NCBI GenBank assembly: GCA_032718475.1
Contig: JAUCBJ010002662.1
Location: forward strand, 1 to 51,576
DNA from: Nemertoderma westbladi
Taxonomy: Eukaryota; Animalia; Xenacoelomorpha
Length of the DNA stretch: 51,576 nt
Direction: 5' to 3'
Position 1 is the stretch's first letter. Each line of letters begins with the position of its first letter. The position numbers and the translations under genes are program-made. Under the pieces are notes generated by a model, which ran no database searches, was not told the origin of the DNA, and saw only the letters and a program-made list of their open reading frames with translations. Of the stretch, positions 1 through 13,251 are shown in pieces.

Positions 1-36
1 TCTCAATCACGTTGTTTAGCATACTACTCAAGGGCC

Positions 37-1558
37 GTGGATATATTTATTAATACCCCACTTACAGGGACCGCACGACAGACCCGAAACTGGTGTGACC
101 GTACGGGCGGTGGGGGTAATAATAATACTACAGTAGACGACGTTAATATTAATGGTACCGTATCGGATAATCCTAACCAAGCTTATATTGCAGGAAATAC
201 TTTGCCTGGTAGTAGTGATTTGAATTTAAATACAAATAATCTAAATAATAATTTCAATTTAAACGTGCAAAATAATCCGAATAATAATTTAAATTTAGAA
301 AATAATAATAACTCAAATAATTTAAATAATGATCCAAGCCCGAATTTACAAAATAATTCAAATAGTGTAGTCACGCAAAATAATCCAAATGATTCTATTT
401 CGAACGAACAAAATTATTCCGTTTCTAATATAGGTGCTATTAACGCGAACGTGTCGGACGTGTATAACCCGACAGACGGCGGCCTGGTAGGCCACGTAGT
501 TAGTAGGCAGGAGGTGGCGGGGTTGAGTCGACCCCACGGCGGCCTGGTAGGCCACGTAGTTAGTAGGCAGGGGGTGGCGGGGTTGAGCCAACCCGGAGTA
601 GACCCGATAGGCCAAGTAGTAGTGGAGAGAGAGGCAGGGGTAAGCGAACCCAGCCGCAGTAGAAATATTGTGTCGACTGGAGAGGGGTGTGAAAGAGAAG
701 TAAGAGGTAGCGGTGTGATATGTGGCGAGTGGGGGGGCTACAGGAGCCCCGCAACGAGAAGTTAGTGGCGAGTGGGGGGGGGGGGGGGCTACAGGAGCCC
801 CGCAACGAGAAGTTGGTGGCGAGAGGGGGGGGGGGGGGCAGAGAGTGTCCCACAGGCGTCGGCGGATAATGCGCGGGCCGAATCAGGTAAACCGCAACAC
901 CCGGCGACAGAGAGTAATAGGGGGATTGCGAGTATCCCCAGCGGCGTGCGATCGAGCAGAGGGAGGCAGGTTGACGTCGCGAGAGGGCGGACGAAGCGTC
1001 GAGCCCGATCAGAAGAGGGAAGAAGAACAGTGGAGTTTAATCGGGAGGTCGACGAGAGATCTCACGAGCGGGAATACTGCACTGAAAGGAGAAGAAGAGA
1101 AGACAGCAGAAGAAGTATCGCCGCGAACGACAGGAGAGTGAGGACGGATAGCGAGCCGTCGGTGGTCGAGATGGAAAGGGAGAGTCGGTGGGGTCGAACT
1201 TCGGGAGATTGCCGTCGTCCCGGAGAGACGCGACCTGACGAGACGCGTTACGCGTCGAGAGAGGGGTACACGATGTACCGGCACGAAGACGAGAGTAGTA
1301 GAGGGGGTCGAAGAGAAACTTTCCGACGGGATATACCTAAAGATTGAGAGTACGGTAGCCGCGGGGAGGATTATTCGAGAAGAATAAACTTCAATCCCGA
1401 GCAACACATACAGACTGTAGGACATACTGTAGGCCTTACTGCACATACCATAGGCCATGCTGACAGGAATAATGTAGGCGATAGGATAGCGCGGATGACG
1501 GAATTAAACCCGGAAGTCGCGGAGTACATACCGGCAGGTAGGCCAGAAGCTGATAGGC
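37..1558 (+). pseudogene. gag: Element A gag, N-terminal low-complexity part (Asn-rich, Arg/Glu-rich), frameshifted
   Basis: ORFs 37-765 and 772-1347 broken at poly-G runs; 60-bp duplication 478-597; LNPEVAEYIP motif just before the B insertion; frame continues at 13252. Confidence 0.6.
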
Positions 1559-2804
1559 TGTTCGCGCTTTTAAGACCTTTGGCAGTTTAACCCGCCAAAT
1601 CTATATGTCTTCTAGGTTATAAATCTACTCCAGCCTATGACAAGTATTGAACACCTATAATAATTCTAACATTAGCCGAAGCCAGTCTGTGCGCGACCAT
1701 TCACCCGCTGGATATACCCGGGAGACTGGATTCGGATGCTTTAATTTGATTGCGGTGCAGGCCTACCGTACTATTCGATTGATCGTTAATATATAATCTC
1801 TGACAAATATTATTCACTTTCGGGAAATATTAGCAGTTCCTTTAGGACGTGGCGCTCTATCTATTTAAACAGAGCTATGACTTACACTATACACAACGGT
1901 ATGTCTTATAGATCACCAAAGTGCATTCTTTAGGAAATGCTTTGTTACTCGGTCAAGCACACACAGACTATTGCACACAAATGCACACTGAATTGCCGAT
2001 ATTCACTGATTTTAATCATATATAAAGAGAACAGCAACCAACATTTGTAGGGCCTATTAAGTAGCATTGAACTCACTACAAACCACGATAATGTATGTCG
2101 TAAATTGTTATATGTAACCGGTCTCTCTAACCTTAGTGTATCAAGAAGATTGGGTTTTCGGATCGTTATCAATATTCTTCCCAATAATAATATGTAAACG
2201 AATGATACAATTAACAACAAAGTAAATAGCAGTAAATAATGCGGCGAAAAGCAGTTTACGTCAGGGTGCTTAATCAGATGCCGAGTTTACCAAGACCGAG
2301 ACCGAGACCGAGACCGAGGCCGAGATAACAGTTTGATGATCTTATAATTAAAGACGCTCTAATGTCAGAAAACATTCCCTGGCCGGTGTTCTAGGCGTGG
2401 GGGAAACGTCAGTACTGAATCCTGTAATTCTGCTGTACAGCTTTTACACAAAGAGGGAATCTCTGATTGGTCAAATGGCAAAAAGCTCCACGTGGAAACA
2501 GCTGATAGATGTCGTCATTTTGAGCTGAGCAGAACAAAGAACCAAGGCAAGGCTCCGGGCAAGCTACACGTGTAAAGCTCAGCCGTTAGCTGTCGTCATA
2601 GTAACGACACTGTTTCAAGAGGATCTAGGGCGTTGCGTAATAGAATTGCTAATTATGTCCTCTAAAGTACACATACAGAAGAAATAGCTTTTATGTCCCC
2701 TAAAAACACCGGTACAGCAATGACACGGCCTTTTATGCCTGCTAAACCAACTACAGAGCACTTTACGGGGAAAATAACCGGGCAATTCCGCAAAAGCTTT
2801 TACA
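1559..2804 (-). repeat. Element B 3' LTR (1246 bp)
   Basis: Direct repeat of 12030-13246; about 10 substitutions by eye plus 6-bp and 23-bp indels. Confidence 0.95.
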
Positions 2805-2812
2805 CCGCTCCC
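2805..2812 (-). promoter_or_regulatory. Element B polypurine tract (GGGAGCGG)
   Basis: Immediately upstream of the 3' LTR on the minus strand; identical to 44702-44709 in element C. Confidence 0.7.
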
Positions 2813-5799
2813 AGAAAATGGGATTTAGTCTATAAAATATAAAAATCACAGTTTCTAAAATATAAAGATACTCTAAACAGTTAGTTTTTCTTGCGCGGAC
2901 GGCGTTTACGCAGTTTCTTGAGACTAGCAAGAGTCCTTTTCTCTTTGGGGCGAGCCATTTTACTAGGAGGGCTATAACTCCTGGGTGAAGGGTGCAATAC
3001 AATTGCATCAGAAGGTTTAGGGTTACGGTCAGTGTCTCGTCCATTTCGATCTGCTTCTCCTCGAGCTGATTTTCCTCCGCTTGTCGTTGGACACGCTCGT
3101 CCAAAACTCTCGCAGAGAATAGGGTTGTCTAAGCTCGATATCTTCTTAGAGATTCAAGATTTCCCAATCGAACTGAGATAAAGCCAATTCGTTTACCGCT
3201 TGGACTTGCTGTTATAACTTACGTTTATCTGAACAAACGCAGGTTTCCTTTCTGATCTTTGTAGAATAGCGTTTAACTCGTTTTGTACAACGCTCTCCTT
3301 CACCTTGATGAAGGGTTGTATCGCGTTAAACTGGGACGACCATACGGTTTAATGGTGATATTAGGTGTCCGCGTCCCAATACGGCTAGGTAAGATGGGAG
3401 GCTAGCTAGAGCTCGTTGCCGGAGTGTTACCGATTAATTGTTAGGGTAGCACTAGATCTTTGAACAGTGAATACAGCTTGTGAGGATCCGGGATGCCATC
3501 AGAATCGAAAGTCTGAGGTCTAATCAAGGAACGAGGTGGTCTGACCGAGTATTCCGGAACTATGATCGTAGGTTTACTCAAGGATCGTCTGAGTCGAGTG
3601 AGCGTAGGTGATATGTCAAACAAGTTTTGGTTTCCGTTTATTAGTTGGGTCTAGGGCATTTATCGTAATAATACCAAAGACGCACGTCTGGTAGGGGAAA
3701 CGCGGATGATATTTATTTGTTGTTACAATGCTTCTATCAAGAATTCCAAATATACGTTAGAGTTACCGCGTCCATTCGTCTCTCTAATGTCTTTTCTTTC
3801 GAGTCGATTTCAAATAGAATTTTCGCATTCGAATTTCAGTTTATCGTTCCGACTCCGCTGGGTAGGATATATGTTCGACATAGTCCGTATCGTGTGAATC
3901 GATAGAATGGCCAATGGTTAAGAAGTCCATATACGTACTATTACGATGCGTGTAGCGAGCGGTGAATTTTCCATAGTCCAATTCACGCGTAAGTTGCTTC
4001 GAGGAAATCGTCGGTTCGATATAACAACCATCGACCTCCGTAGTAGTTGGACTAGCGTCGCCGCGTATCAAACTATCAACAAACACTTGTAAAGGTAGAG
4101 TATATTGCTCCCCGATACCAAGACCATCTTCTATCAACTCCGTTATATCTGCTATATATGAGTTTATTAATATTACAATGAGCTTATAATTAGGCTAGCG
4201 AGCGTCGCTGCCTACCCCAATCAGCCCCCGGACAGTGTACGATCCTCAGCGCAAATGTATCGTCATCGCTGTGTTTTCCGCCAACGTGTAGCTACACAAC
4301 GACAACGACACTAGCACGAGTCACTCCACTGTCCGTCCCAAAGGCTTAGATACACTTCAGGTTTTTACTGGAGAGTTAGGGTTACTTTCACAATTGCGAC
4401 TCGCTACTGTAAACACACCTTAGTAGTAACATTCGCCTATAAACTCACAAACTCCACACACACAACTGTCACAAATTGATTGCACACACTCGGGCCATTT
4501 GTCCGTTAGTCAGTGCCTTCCAGAATGCCACGTTATTATTATGTATCCTTGGATACTAGCAGTGCGCTATTTATTTCTTACTCTATGCAATGGGCAAGTT
4601 TTTATTGTTCCCTTTAACTTGCTTCTAATTCTAGCGTGGGTGTTACTATGGTGACATTATGGAAAGCTAGCGGTAGAATTAGGGTAATTCCAATGCATAC
4701 AGATCTGGGATGCTATTTAATATTAATTCTTTAATGGTCCATATCCCGTTTATACATGATTTTATAAATTTTATCGGCTATTGACTTATACATTAGAGAT
4801 TCTCACACTCTAACACACTTAATAGGATGAATCTCCGCTCCCGTGATCTATTAATTAATGGGATTTTGGGAATGTTATAAATTGCATAAAATTGCAATTT
4901 ATTAAATTCATTAAAATATGAACTTAAATTTATTCCCGGAAATTTTATTATTTGATAGTTAAATTGAGACAATTTGATTCCAGAGCAGGTCTGGGGACAT
5001 AGGATCCTTAATTCTATAAAAATTGTCTTTCAAGAGTATCGGTAAGTGCTACGATATCTTAATCGACTAGAATTGTTAAAGGATCTGAATTTTACAGATT
5101 TTGATTTATAGATTTATAAATATTAAATAATTAATATTTGAGATGGGCACCAATTTATTCCAGAACTTGTCTGGGAACGTTAACCACTGATTCTAGAATT
5201 TGTCTTTCAAGTATATCGGTGGGTGCCGCGATATCTTAATCGACTAGAATTACAGATGGTCAAAAGGTTTAACAGATTTATTTGCGTTTCACGCTACTGT
5301 TAGAGGGACATCACGCTACTATATGTATTATTATATATGGTATGAGAGCAATATCGCACGAAGCAATGTCAGTGTGAAGAGGCAAGTTGTTTCCAAGGTT
5401 TACCCAGAGCTTGGTTTAGCCGAGACACGAGGATCTGAACTTTGCATTCCTAATACTCTGCCTACCAATAATACTTGAATATAGTAGTGGCTTTATTGTA
5501 CTTTAATAAGTACGGACATTTCATCTTACTGTAGTCACGTATTTATAATATGATACGGACAGTAAGGAAAGAGAAAAAATAATTATTTCTCGCCGTCGCA
5601 CTAAATATATATTATAAGTAATTACGTACGTAATAAACACTAATATATTGCACTAATCTACTAAATAATCACTAAAATAACATTCTACTAAATAAAATTA
5701 AAGAAAACGATTATAATAAAATTACATAATAATACATACATAAATATAAAATAAAAACAAATATAAAATGATATAGTCACACGCCCACTCCATATGTTA

Positions 5800-8700
5800 T
5801 TATGTTATGGAGTCCCTAGATATTTGTCGGATTAGGGAAGTGGTTGTAGGAAGAGTATCTTGCCTTCCATAGTTTCCGGACAGTTTTTGGTCTCTTTCCA
5901 GTAAACATAAACGACCAGCTGGGCGATTGAGTTGTTGTGTTACTTTCTCCGCTCCCTTGGCCTGTCTAATCTCCGCCGTGGTAAGATGAGGAGGCCATTC
6001 TTCTTCTTCTTTACTTAAGAAGTCGGATCCACCTAACCAGCCTGGAGTATCTATCAGTTCTTGAGGAGTTGCTCCTCTGGAAGCAATATCGGTTGGATTA
6101 ATCGTCCCAAGGCAATGTCTCCATTGATCTACATTGGAGTTAATATCGTCATTATCTGAGGAGTATGGTGTTCCCTCAGTTGGGTCGTCCACCTCACTGC
6201 TCTCCACTTCCCATTCCTTTACTTGGTATACCTGTTGTTGAGGTAATCTCTCTTTGAGAATTCTACGGGAAGGGCCAGTGAAGTACCAACCTACTCTAGT
6301 TCTTACCGCATAGGTTTGTAGTGGCTGTGGTTGAGCAGGCCGTTTCTCCAATGTCTCTAGCGCCTCATGCGCGTTTTGGCCGATGAGTATTTGCACTCCA
6401 GGATAATCTGTGTGAAATCGAGGTATCTTAAGCTGCTGGATGCTCTCGTCCTCGTCCCAGTTATAAGGTTCTACTTGGGTAGTAGCGAAGTTCTTTATAG
6501 CCACCATTTTTACTGACCTTATACTTTGTTCTCCTAATTTATCCTGGGGGGTGGACAACGCACCTACATAGTAATCTGCCGTTATGGTAGATTTCCAAAC
6601 CTGCATAATTCCTGACATATTCAACTTAGTTCGGAATTTGGGTTGTTCGATGATATGTTATTCTTGATCGATGAATGTTCCTGTGCTGCCGGAGTCAAGG
6701 AGGGCGTTCACTATGCAACTTTTGTTAGGACCGTGAACTCTTACCTGCACCACAGGGAATTCTCTGATTCCTACGTTGGAAGTTGGAGGTTTCCAAGATG
6801 GTTGTCTGTCAAAGGTAGTTGGGGGGAACTCATTGTCGGTGTCCTTTTCATACGTAAGTGCTCGATACACTGCGGTATTTATTAGGTAACATGATTCGTT
6901 GGCGTCAGAGAATTCGTCCGTATAGAATCCTTCCATCTCAGATTCTTGATCAGTGTCATTTACATCACTGAATTGGACATGTAGTTCGGGCTCACTTACC
7001 TGACTCGGGTTGTTTCGTTCGAATTCACTGTGTAACAAGATGTGATGTTTCGCACCGCACTTTGCACACCTTAAGTCGGAGTAACAGGTTCGCCGTTGGT
7101 GTCCTTGTCTGAGGCAATTATAGCATAACCGCTTATCCCACATGACTTCACGTCTGTCTACCAGGGATTTCTTTAGGAATTCAGCACACACACTCAAACG
7201 GTGGGGCCCGTCGCACAGCGCACATTTTGGTTTGATGTTACTCACTTTACCTTGGGCAACGTTATGCACTCTCGTTCTTTCTTTGGGCTTTCTTCCGTGA
7301 ATTATCTTAGGAGACGTAGGAGGAGTTGTTGTTACCTGTTCTCTCCTGTCCCTGGTTCGAGGATTATATATACTTACGTCTTTATAGGTCTTGTTATCAT
7401 AGTAAGATTTTGCTGTGTCTTTCCCGCTGTCCTCTTCCTGAGAGACTTGGCTTTCGCCGTCGTCAGTATAACAAACTGGTGTTACCCTTCTCCTAGAAAC
7501 GGGTTTCTCACTTACCTTATTTTCCGATGTTTTCTCTCTGGACTGCTTTATGAGTTGTAATTTTACTTCACTATCTAAGAAGGACATGAGATCAGCCATG
7601 GTAGGGTCTCGTTGTTGTTGTTCCATCATATATAACACTTTCTTGTCCCAGCGTGTACCTACTCCACCCTTTGGTAAAGTAGATGCTAAGGCTCCTACAA
7701 CCATAGAGTTCTGGTATTCATGAGACTTACCTAACCAATCTAGTTGTCTACAGATCTCCTGAATCTCATCGGAAAAATCTATAATCCCGCTGCTAAGAAA
7801 CTTTCGGGGCGCCATTAATTTCGCATATAAATACCTAGCTATGTTAGTCCTATTACCATACCTGATGTTTAATGTATCCCAAACTTGTCTTAATCCATCT
7901 GGATGTCCAATAAACTTTAACGCCATTAACTTGGGAGGTCCTTCCAAGCACTTGATGAGGAATCTAAGTTTCTCTCCGTTAGATAGTACAGAGTTCTGTA
8001 TGCCATCTTTGTAATATTCATTGAAAGGTAACCATTTTATCTCATCTCCATTGAATTTGACGATTTCTCCCACTTTGACCGCTTGGCGGGCTTCTGTTCT
8101 AGCCATCTGACGCGTAAAGCTTTCTTGGGCCATCGTATTATTTAATATCGAATTATCGGTATATAAATTTCTCGGATTATTATCAGGTCTATAGGGAATA
8201 TCATTAACAACAGGTTTATAATCACCCTTAATAGGGTTTGCTATAGGAGTTTCTACTTCACTAGCAGTATAGATGCATGTAGGCTCCACACCTTGCGCAT
8301 GTAATACTTCAGACCTAACAGGTTGACACAATGTTACAGGGGGTATTGGTATACCCTTTTGTATATTGACTAATTTGTCGCGTTCTAGCGCGATGCTTTG
8401 CTGCACTTCTTGCAATTCTACCCTACTTTCCCTTACTGTTCCCTTAAGTTGGTGGACAGTCTCCTGCATCTGTCTGAGCAGGAGATTTATCCCCCGCCGT
8501 CCCTCCTCTACCCACTCGACCGCCGAAGCGGGAGTCGCCAACATTGTAGCGGGCCGACGCGGGACGATGGGAGACAAATCTTTGATTTCTCTCTCAGCGT
8601 CCAGGACAGGGATTTTCTCATAGATTGTTCTACCGGGTACAGGCAGTGTAGTACTGTGTAAAGGGAATTTAGAGTTAAGCTCTGGAAGTACAGGGGTCTC

Positions 8701-9840
8701 TAGCACAGGAGTGGCTTTGGGAACGACAGGCCTAATTATTTCAGGCTCATCGACTATCGTAGGGAGTCTTTTGACCTTAATAATTTGGTCTGTGGGTTCT
8801 GTACTACCTAAGTCTGTGCTAGCTAGTTGTCTTCTAACAGCTGGGGGCAAATCAGGCAATTTGTGACGGTGAGATGTTTTTCTACGCCTGCTTAGACGAG
8901 ATCTATTTCCTCCGCCTTCAGGATCGGTGGTCTCGCCTTCCTCCGATGATGTTTATCCCTGGTGTTTGGGAGTAGATCGACTCATCATCTGCATTTGACT
9001 AGCAGTTAATTGTTTATTTATGTTGTCTTGCGTCTCTTGCAGATTTTCCAACTCCAGTTGGGTAGTCTCCTCAGACGCTCTCCGTTCTGCTTCTGCCACT
9101 GCCTTTGCCGCCTTTCTTTCCACTTCTGCTTCTGCCATTGCCGCTGCCTTTTGGTCCTCTATCCGTCTTTTCTTTACTTGTTCTTCTTGGACTCTAGCGA
9201 GGCGGAGTTTTTCATCAAATTTAGCTTGGTTTGCAGCTAACATTTCCGCATCGATTGCGTCCAACACAAGCTTTGTTCCTTCACTATTAGGGCGAAGTCC
9301 AGACAGTTGTCTCCTCAACTCTTTGTCTCCTAGGAATCGCTGATAGTCTGACAGATAGATGTCAATGGCGTCTCTAGTTCGCGGCTTCTCTGCTGCTGTT
9401 AATTCGCTTTCCACTTCGCTTTCCACTTGAGAAGAAGTGGCGTCGGTTGATTCTTCATAGGTTGGCCGCTCATCATAAACCGTATCCGCCATCTTCGCTC
9501 CGCGTTCGGGCGTCCACTCAACAGTATCCGAACTACTGGAGCTATCGGGCCGCTGAGAACTAGGTTCTTGGCTAGGAGGTTGCTGCTGTTTTATAGCTGC
9601 TTCTTGATCCCGCTTGACTTGGGCCTGAGTGCCTATGGCAGACCAACGGCGCTTCACTAACTTCGCAAATTGTGAAATCGCTTCTACCAACCTAGGTTCT
9701 GACACAACCACTGCAGGGGTTGCCCTTCTTACAGTATGAGGGGTTTCAGACCTCGGTCTGGGATTCTCTACACTTTGATCTGAGAAACAGGCTGTTGTTT
9801 CTAGGAGACTATCTGACAGAGTTTGCCTTGTGTCAGCCAT
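5800..9840 (-). pseudogene. gag: Element B gag-protease polyprotein with RNase H C-terminal remnant; two in-frame stops
   Basis: ORFs 8953-9840, 6658-8859 and 5800-6624 are one frame. Motifs: KFNGDEIKWLPF (DUF1759-type capsid), CALCDGPHRLSVC / CYNCLRQGHQRRTC / CAKCGAKHHILLH knuckles, ALLDSGS protease, TRVGWYFTGP, then directly QWRHCLGTINPTDIASRG…WP. No YVDD RT and no integrase. Confidence 0.9.
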
Positions 9841-12018
9841 TTTTGATTGTACAGTTGAATGCCTACTGCTATATTACAGTTAAAGCAAGTCTAGTAATTC
9901 AGTATTACTGTTAGCCTAACAATTAATTACCGATACTGCTACTCAGTGTAGCGTGATATATATAATATATTAGAATACCGGTATGCTTATAGTAGATATA
10001 TAAGTATTATTACAGACTAGATTTGTCACAGAATACCGGTATATAATTTTAGCACAAATATATATAAATATATAATAGGCCTATCGTGAATACCGGTATA
10101 CAGCTGACACTTATAGTATATATAAGTATAATTATTACAGACTAGAGTTAATTACAGAATACCGTTATGATTTCAGCCTAAATTTATAGAAATAAATATA
10201 ATAAGCCTATTGTAAATACCGGTATGTCAATTATTTTAAAATAATTGAATTGCTGAAGGTTAGGGGTTACTTGGTTACTTTACTTACTTTATTACCGTTA
10301 TTTGAGCAGCTGTCCAACTGATATTAAGACCTAAGTGTTGTATAACAGGCCTACTATTTTATTAATAGATTTAGTGGATTTATATGTACCCGTATGAGGG
10401 GTTTTGTTACAATATTGAAATAGATGTTACTATTTCTGGGAAATAATCACTACACAGAAGCTGTGCGCTCTCAGTGAAGTGCTACTTATTGGACACTAAA
10501 ACAGATAATTCTACTTCCTAAGTTACTTAATACTACAATAACGTACAATTCGGGATGAGATTACAATTTCTAAATAAATACAAAAAATTACAAAAAACAC
10601 AAATACGAATTTTTAGGGTAATTTTACAAGAAGTCTACAAACCAGCCTAACAAAGGGTTAGAAATCTGGTTATTACAAATGGACAGGATACTACGGTATT
10701 TGAAAATAATAAGTAGTAGTAAATACACTGCGTTGTCCAGATAGGAAAATACCACCACCTGACGACCTATAGCCGTATCGCTATAGGTACTACGTTATGT
10801 ATCACGGAGTGTCCCTACCTAGAAGTTAATTACCGCGGTCTACCAGAACCAACGTGCCTATTAACCACTTTACAACACAAATATACTGCCTACACACTAA
10901 TTACCTTCGGAAAGCACTGTACACTAAACCCTAAATTAGGTACAAGTACTTGTACAACAAATAATCAGTAGTTAAAAATACTTGAACAGCTAAAAGAACC
11001 ACGGCATCTGCTGGAGTGACCGGTGCACAAAATCACCAGTCTTTACCTACGCCAAGCAGCCCGTGTAGTACCGGGGTTAATTTAACTATAACGGTATATA
11101 TAACAAGCACAATTACTGTAGGAATAAACTTAGGGATATGAATGTTGCGAATAATCGCATAAACTCTGAATAATAAATATTACGCTACCCGTACAGAATA
11201 CTCAAACAAAATACAAACTAAACGCTGGCAGACTACCATCAAGCCTAAATAAACTACAGTATGTGCAGATTCCAAAATGGTTAGTTAGTATGCGTTCTAA
11301 CACGGTAGTACGACTTATTCTTTAGGAGGGGGTTGACCTTACAACTCAAGATGCCCCAACTTACTAACTGGCACTTTATCGGACAGACTCTACACACGCA
11401 GCAATCTCTTCAGACCTAATAACAGCTAGACAACAATCCAGCCTACAAAATATCTGAGTAATAACTATTACGGTACCTGAACAGACCACACAAACAAACA
11501 CAGGCTAAAACGCTGGCAGACTACTATCAAGCCCAAATAAACTACAGGACATGCAGACTCCGAAATGGTTAGGTAGTATGCGTTCTAACCTAGTAGTACG
11601 ACTTATTCTTTAGGTGGGGATTTACCTTACAGCTCTGGCTGCCCCTACTTCCTAACCGTTCTTTATTGGACATACACTCTACATGCACTGCAATCCGTTC
11701 AGACTTAACAACAGTCAGAACAACAGTTCAGCCTACAAATTATCTGTACAATCTGAGCAGGGTTACACGCCTTCTGCTCAATATTAGCCTACTAGTAAAT
11801 AAAACTGACAGAAATAAGTAAAAATCCCAATAAAAAACCAGGGCTGCAGTCCCCGATTTAATATCAAGACCTACCGGTATATAATTATCAAAATCGAATA
11901 ATACTGCTGTACCTGTACTGTTGTAAGTACCGGTCCGGATGAACAGGCAGTCAGGCCTACTGGTTACCGGTCGACCGGTACTTTAGTCTTGATCGCTTAT
12001 GCCGCAATCAAGATCCTA

Positions 12019-12029
12019 CAAACTGTTAT
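12019..12029 (-). promoter_or_regulatory. Element B PBS-position sequence ATAACAGTTTG (not tRNA-type; complementary to LTR 12790-12800)
   Basis: Directly follows the 5' LTR on the minus strand; no TGG; exact 11-nt reverse complement lies inside the LTR. Confidence 0.7.
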
Positions 12030-13246
12030 TGTTCGCGCTTTTAAGACCTTTGGCAGTTTAACCCGCCAAATCTATATGTCTTCTAGGTTATAAATCTACT
12101 CCAGCCTATGACAAGTATTGAACACCTATAATAATTCTAACATTAGCCGAAGCCAATCTGTGCGCGACCATTCACCCGCTGGATATACCCGGGAGACTGG
12201 ATTCGGATGCTTTAATTTGATTGCGGTGCAGGCCTACCGTACTATTCGATTGATCGTTAATATATAATCTCTGACAAATATTATTCACTTTCGGGAAATA
12301 TTAGCAGTTCCTTTAGGACGTGGCGCTTTATCTATTTAAACAGAGCTATGACTTACACTATACACAACGGTATGTCTTATAGATCACCAAAGTGCATTCT
12401 TTAGGAAATGCTTTGTTACTCGGTCAACCACACACAGACTATTGCACACAACTGCACACTGAATTGCCGATATTCACTGATTTTAATCATATATAAAGAG
12501 AACAGCAACCAACATTTGTAGGGCCTATTAAGTAGCATTGAACTCACTACAAACCACAATAATGTATGTCGCAAATTGTTATATGTAACCGGTCTCTCTA
12601 ACCTTAGTGTATCAAGAAGATTGGGTTTTCGGATCGTTATCAATATTCTTCCCAATAATAATATGTAAACGAATGATACAATTAACAACAAAGTAAATAG
12701 CAGTAAATAATGCGGCGAAAAGCAGTTTACGTCAGGGTGCTTAATCAGATGCCGAGTTGACCAAGACCGAGACCGAGACCGAGGCTGAGATAACAGTTTG
12801 ATGATCTTATAATTAAAGACGCTCTAATGTCAGAAAACATTCCCCGGCCGGTGTTCTAGGCGTGGGGGAAACGTCAGTACTGAATCCTGTAATTCTGCTG
12901 TACAGCTTTTACACAAAGAGGGAAAAGCTCCACGTGGAAACAGCTGATAGATGTCGTCATTTTGAGCTGAGCAGAACAAAGAACCAAGGCAAGGCTCCGG
13001 GCAAGCTACACGTGTAAAGCTCAGCCGTTAGCTGTCGTCATAGTAACGACACTGTTTCAAGAGGATCTAGGGCGTTGCGTCATAGAATTGCTAATTATGT
13101 CCTCTAAAGTACACATACAGAAGAAATAGCTTTTATGTCCCCTAAAAACACCGGTACAGCAATGACACGGCCTTTTATGCCTGCTAAACCAACTACAGAG
13201 CACTTTACGGGGAAAATAACCGGGCAATTCCGCAAAAGCTTTTACA
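12030..13246 (-). repeat. Element B 5' LTR (1217 bp)
   Basis: Direct repeat of 1559-2804, followed by TSD TAGGC. Confidence 0.95.
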
Positions 13247-13251
13247 TAGGC

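Larger units (their letters stand above)
1559..13246 (-). mobile_element. Element B: non-autonomous BEL/Pao-derived LTR retrotransposon (gag-PR only)
   Basis: Two near-identical ~1.2-kb direct repeats with TGT…ACA ends, 5-bp TSD TAGGC (1554-1558 and 13247-13251), minus-strand gag-PR frame, GGGAGCGG purine tract abutting the 3' LTR. Confidence 0.95.

Noticed and set aside
1945-2220. Small ORFs inside LTRs (also 12416-12691, 31300-31555, 44926-45181)
   Set aside because: Repeated only because the LTRs are duplicated; frames are not shared between B and C; no motifs.
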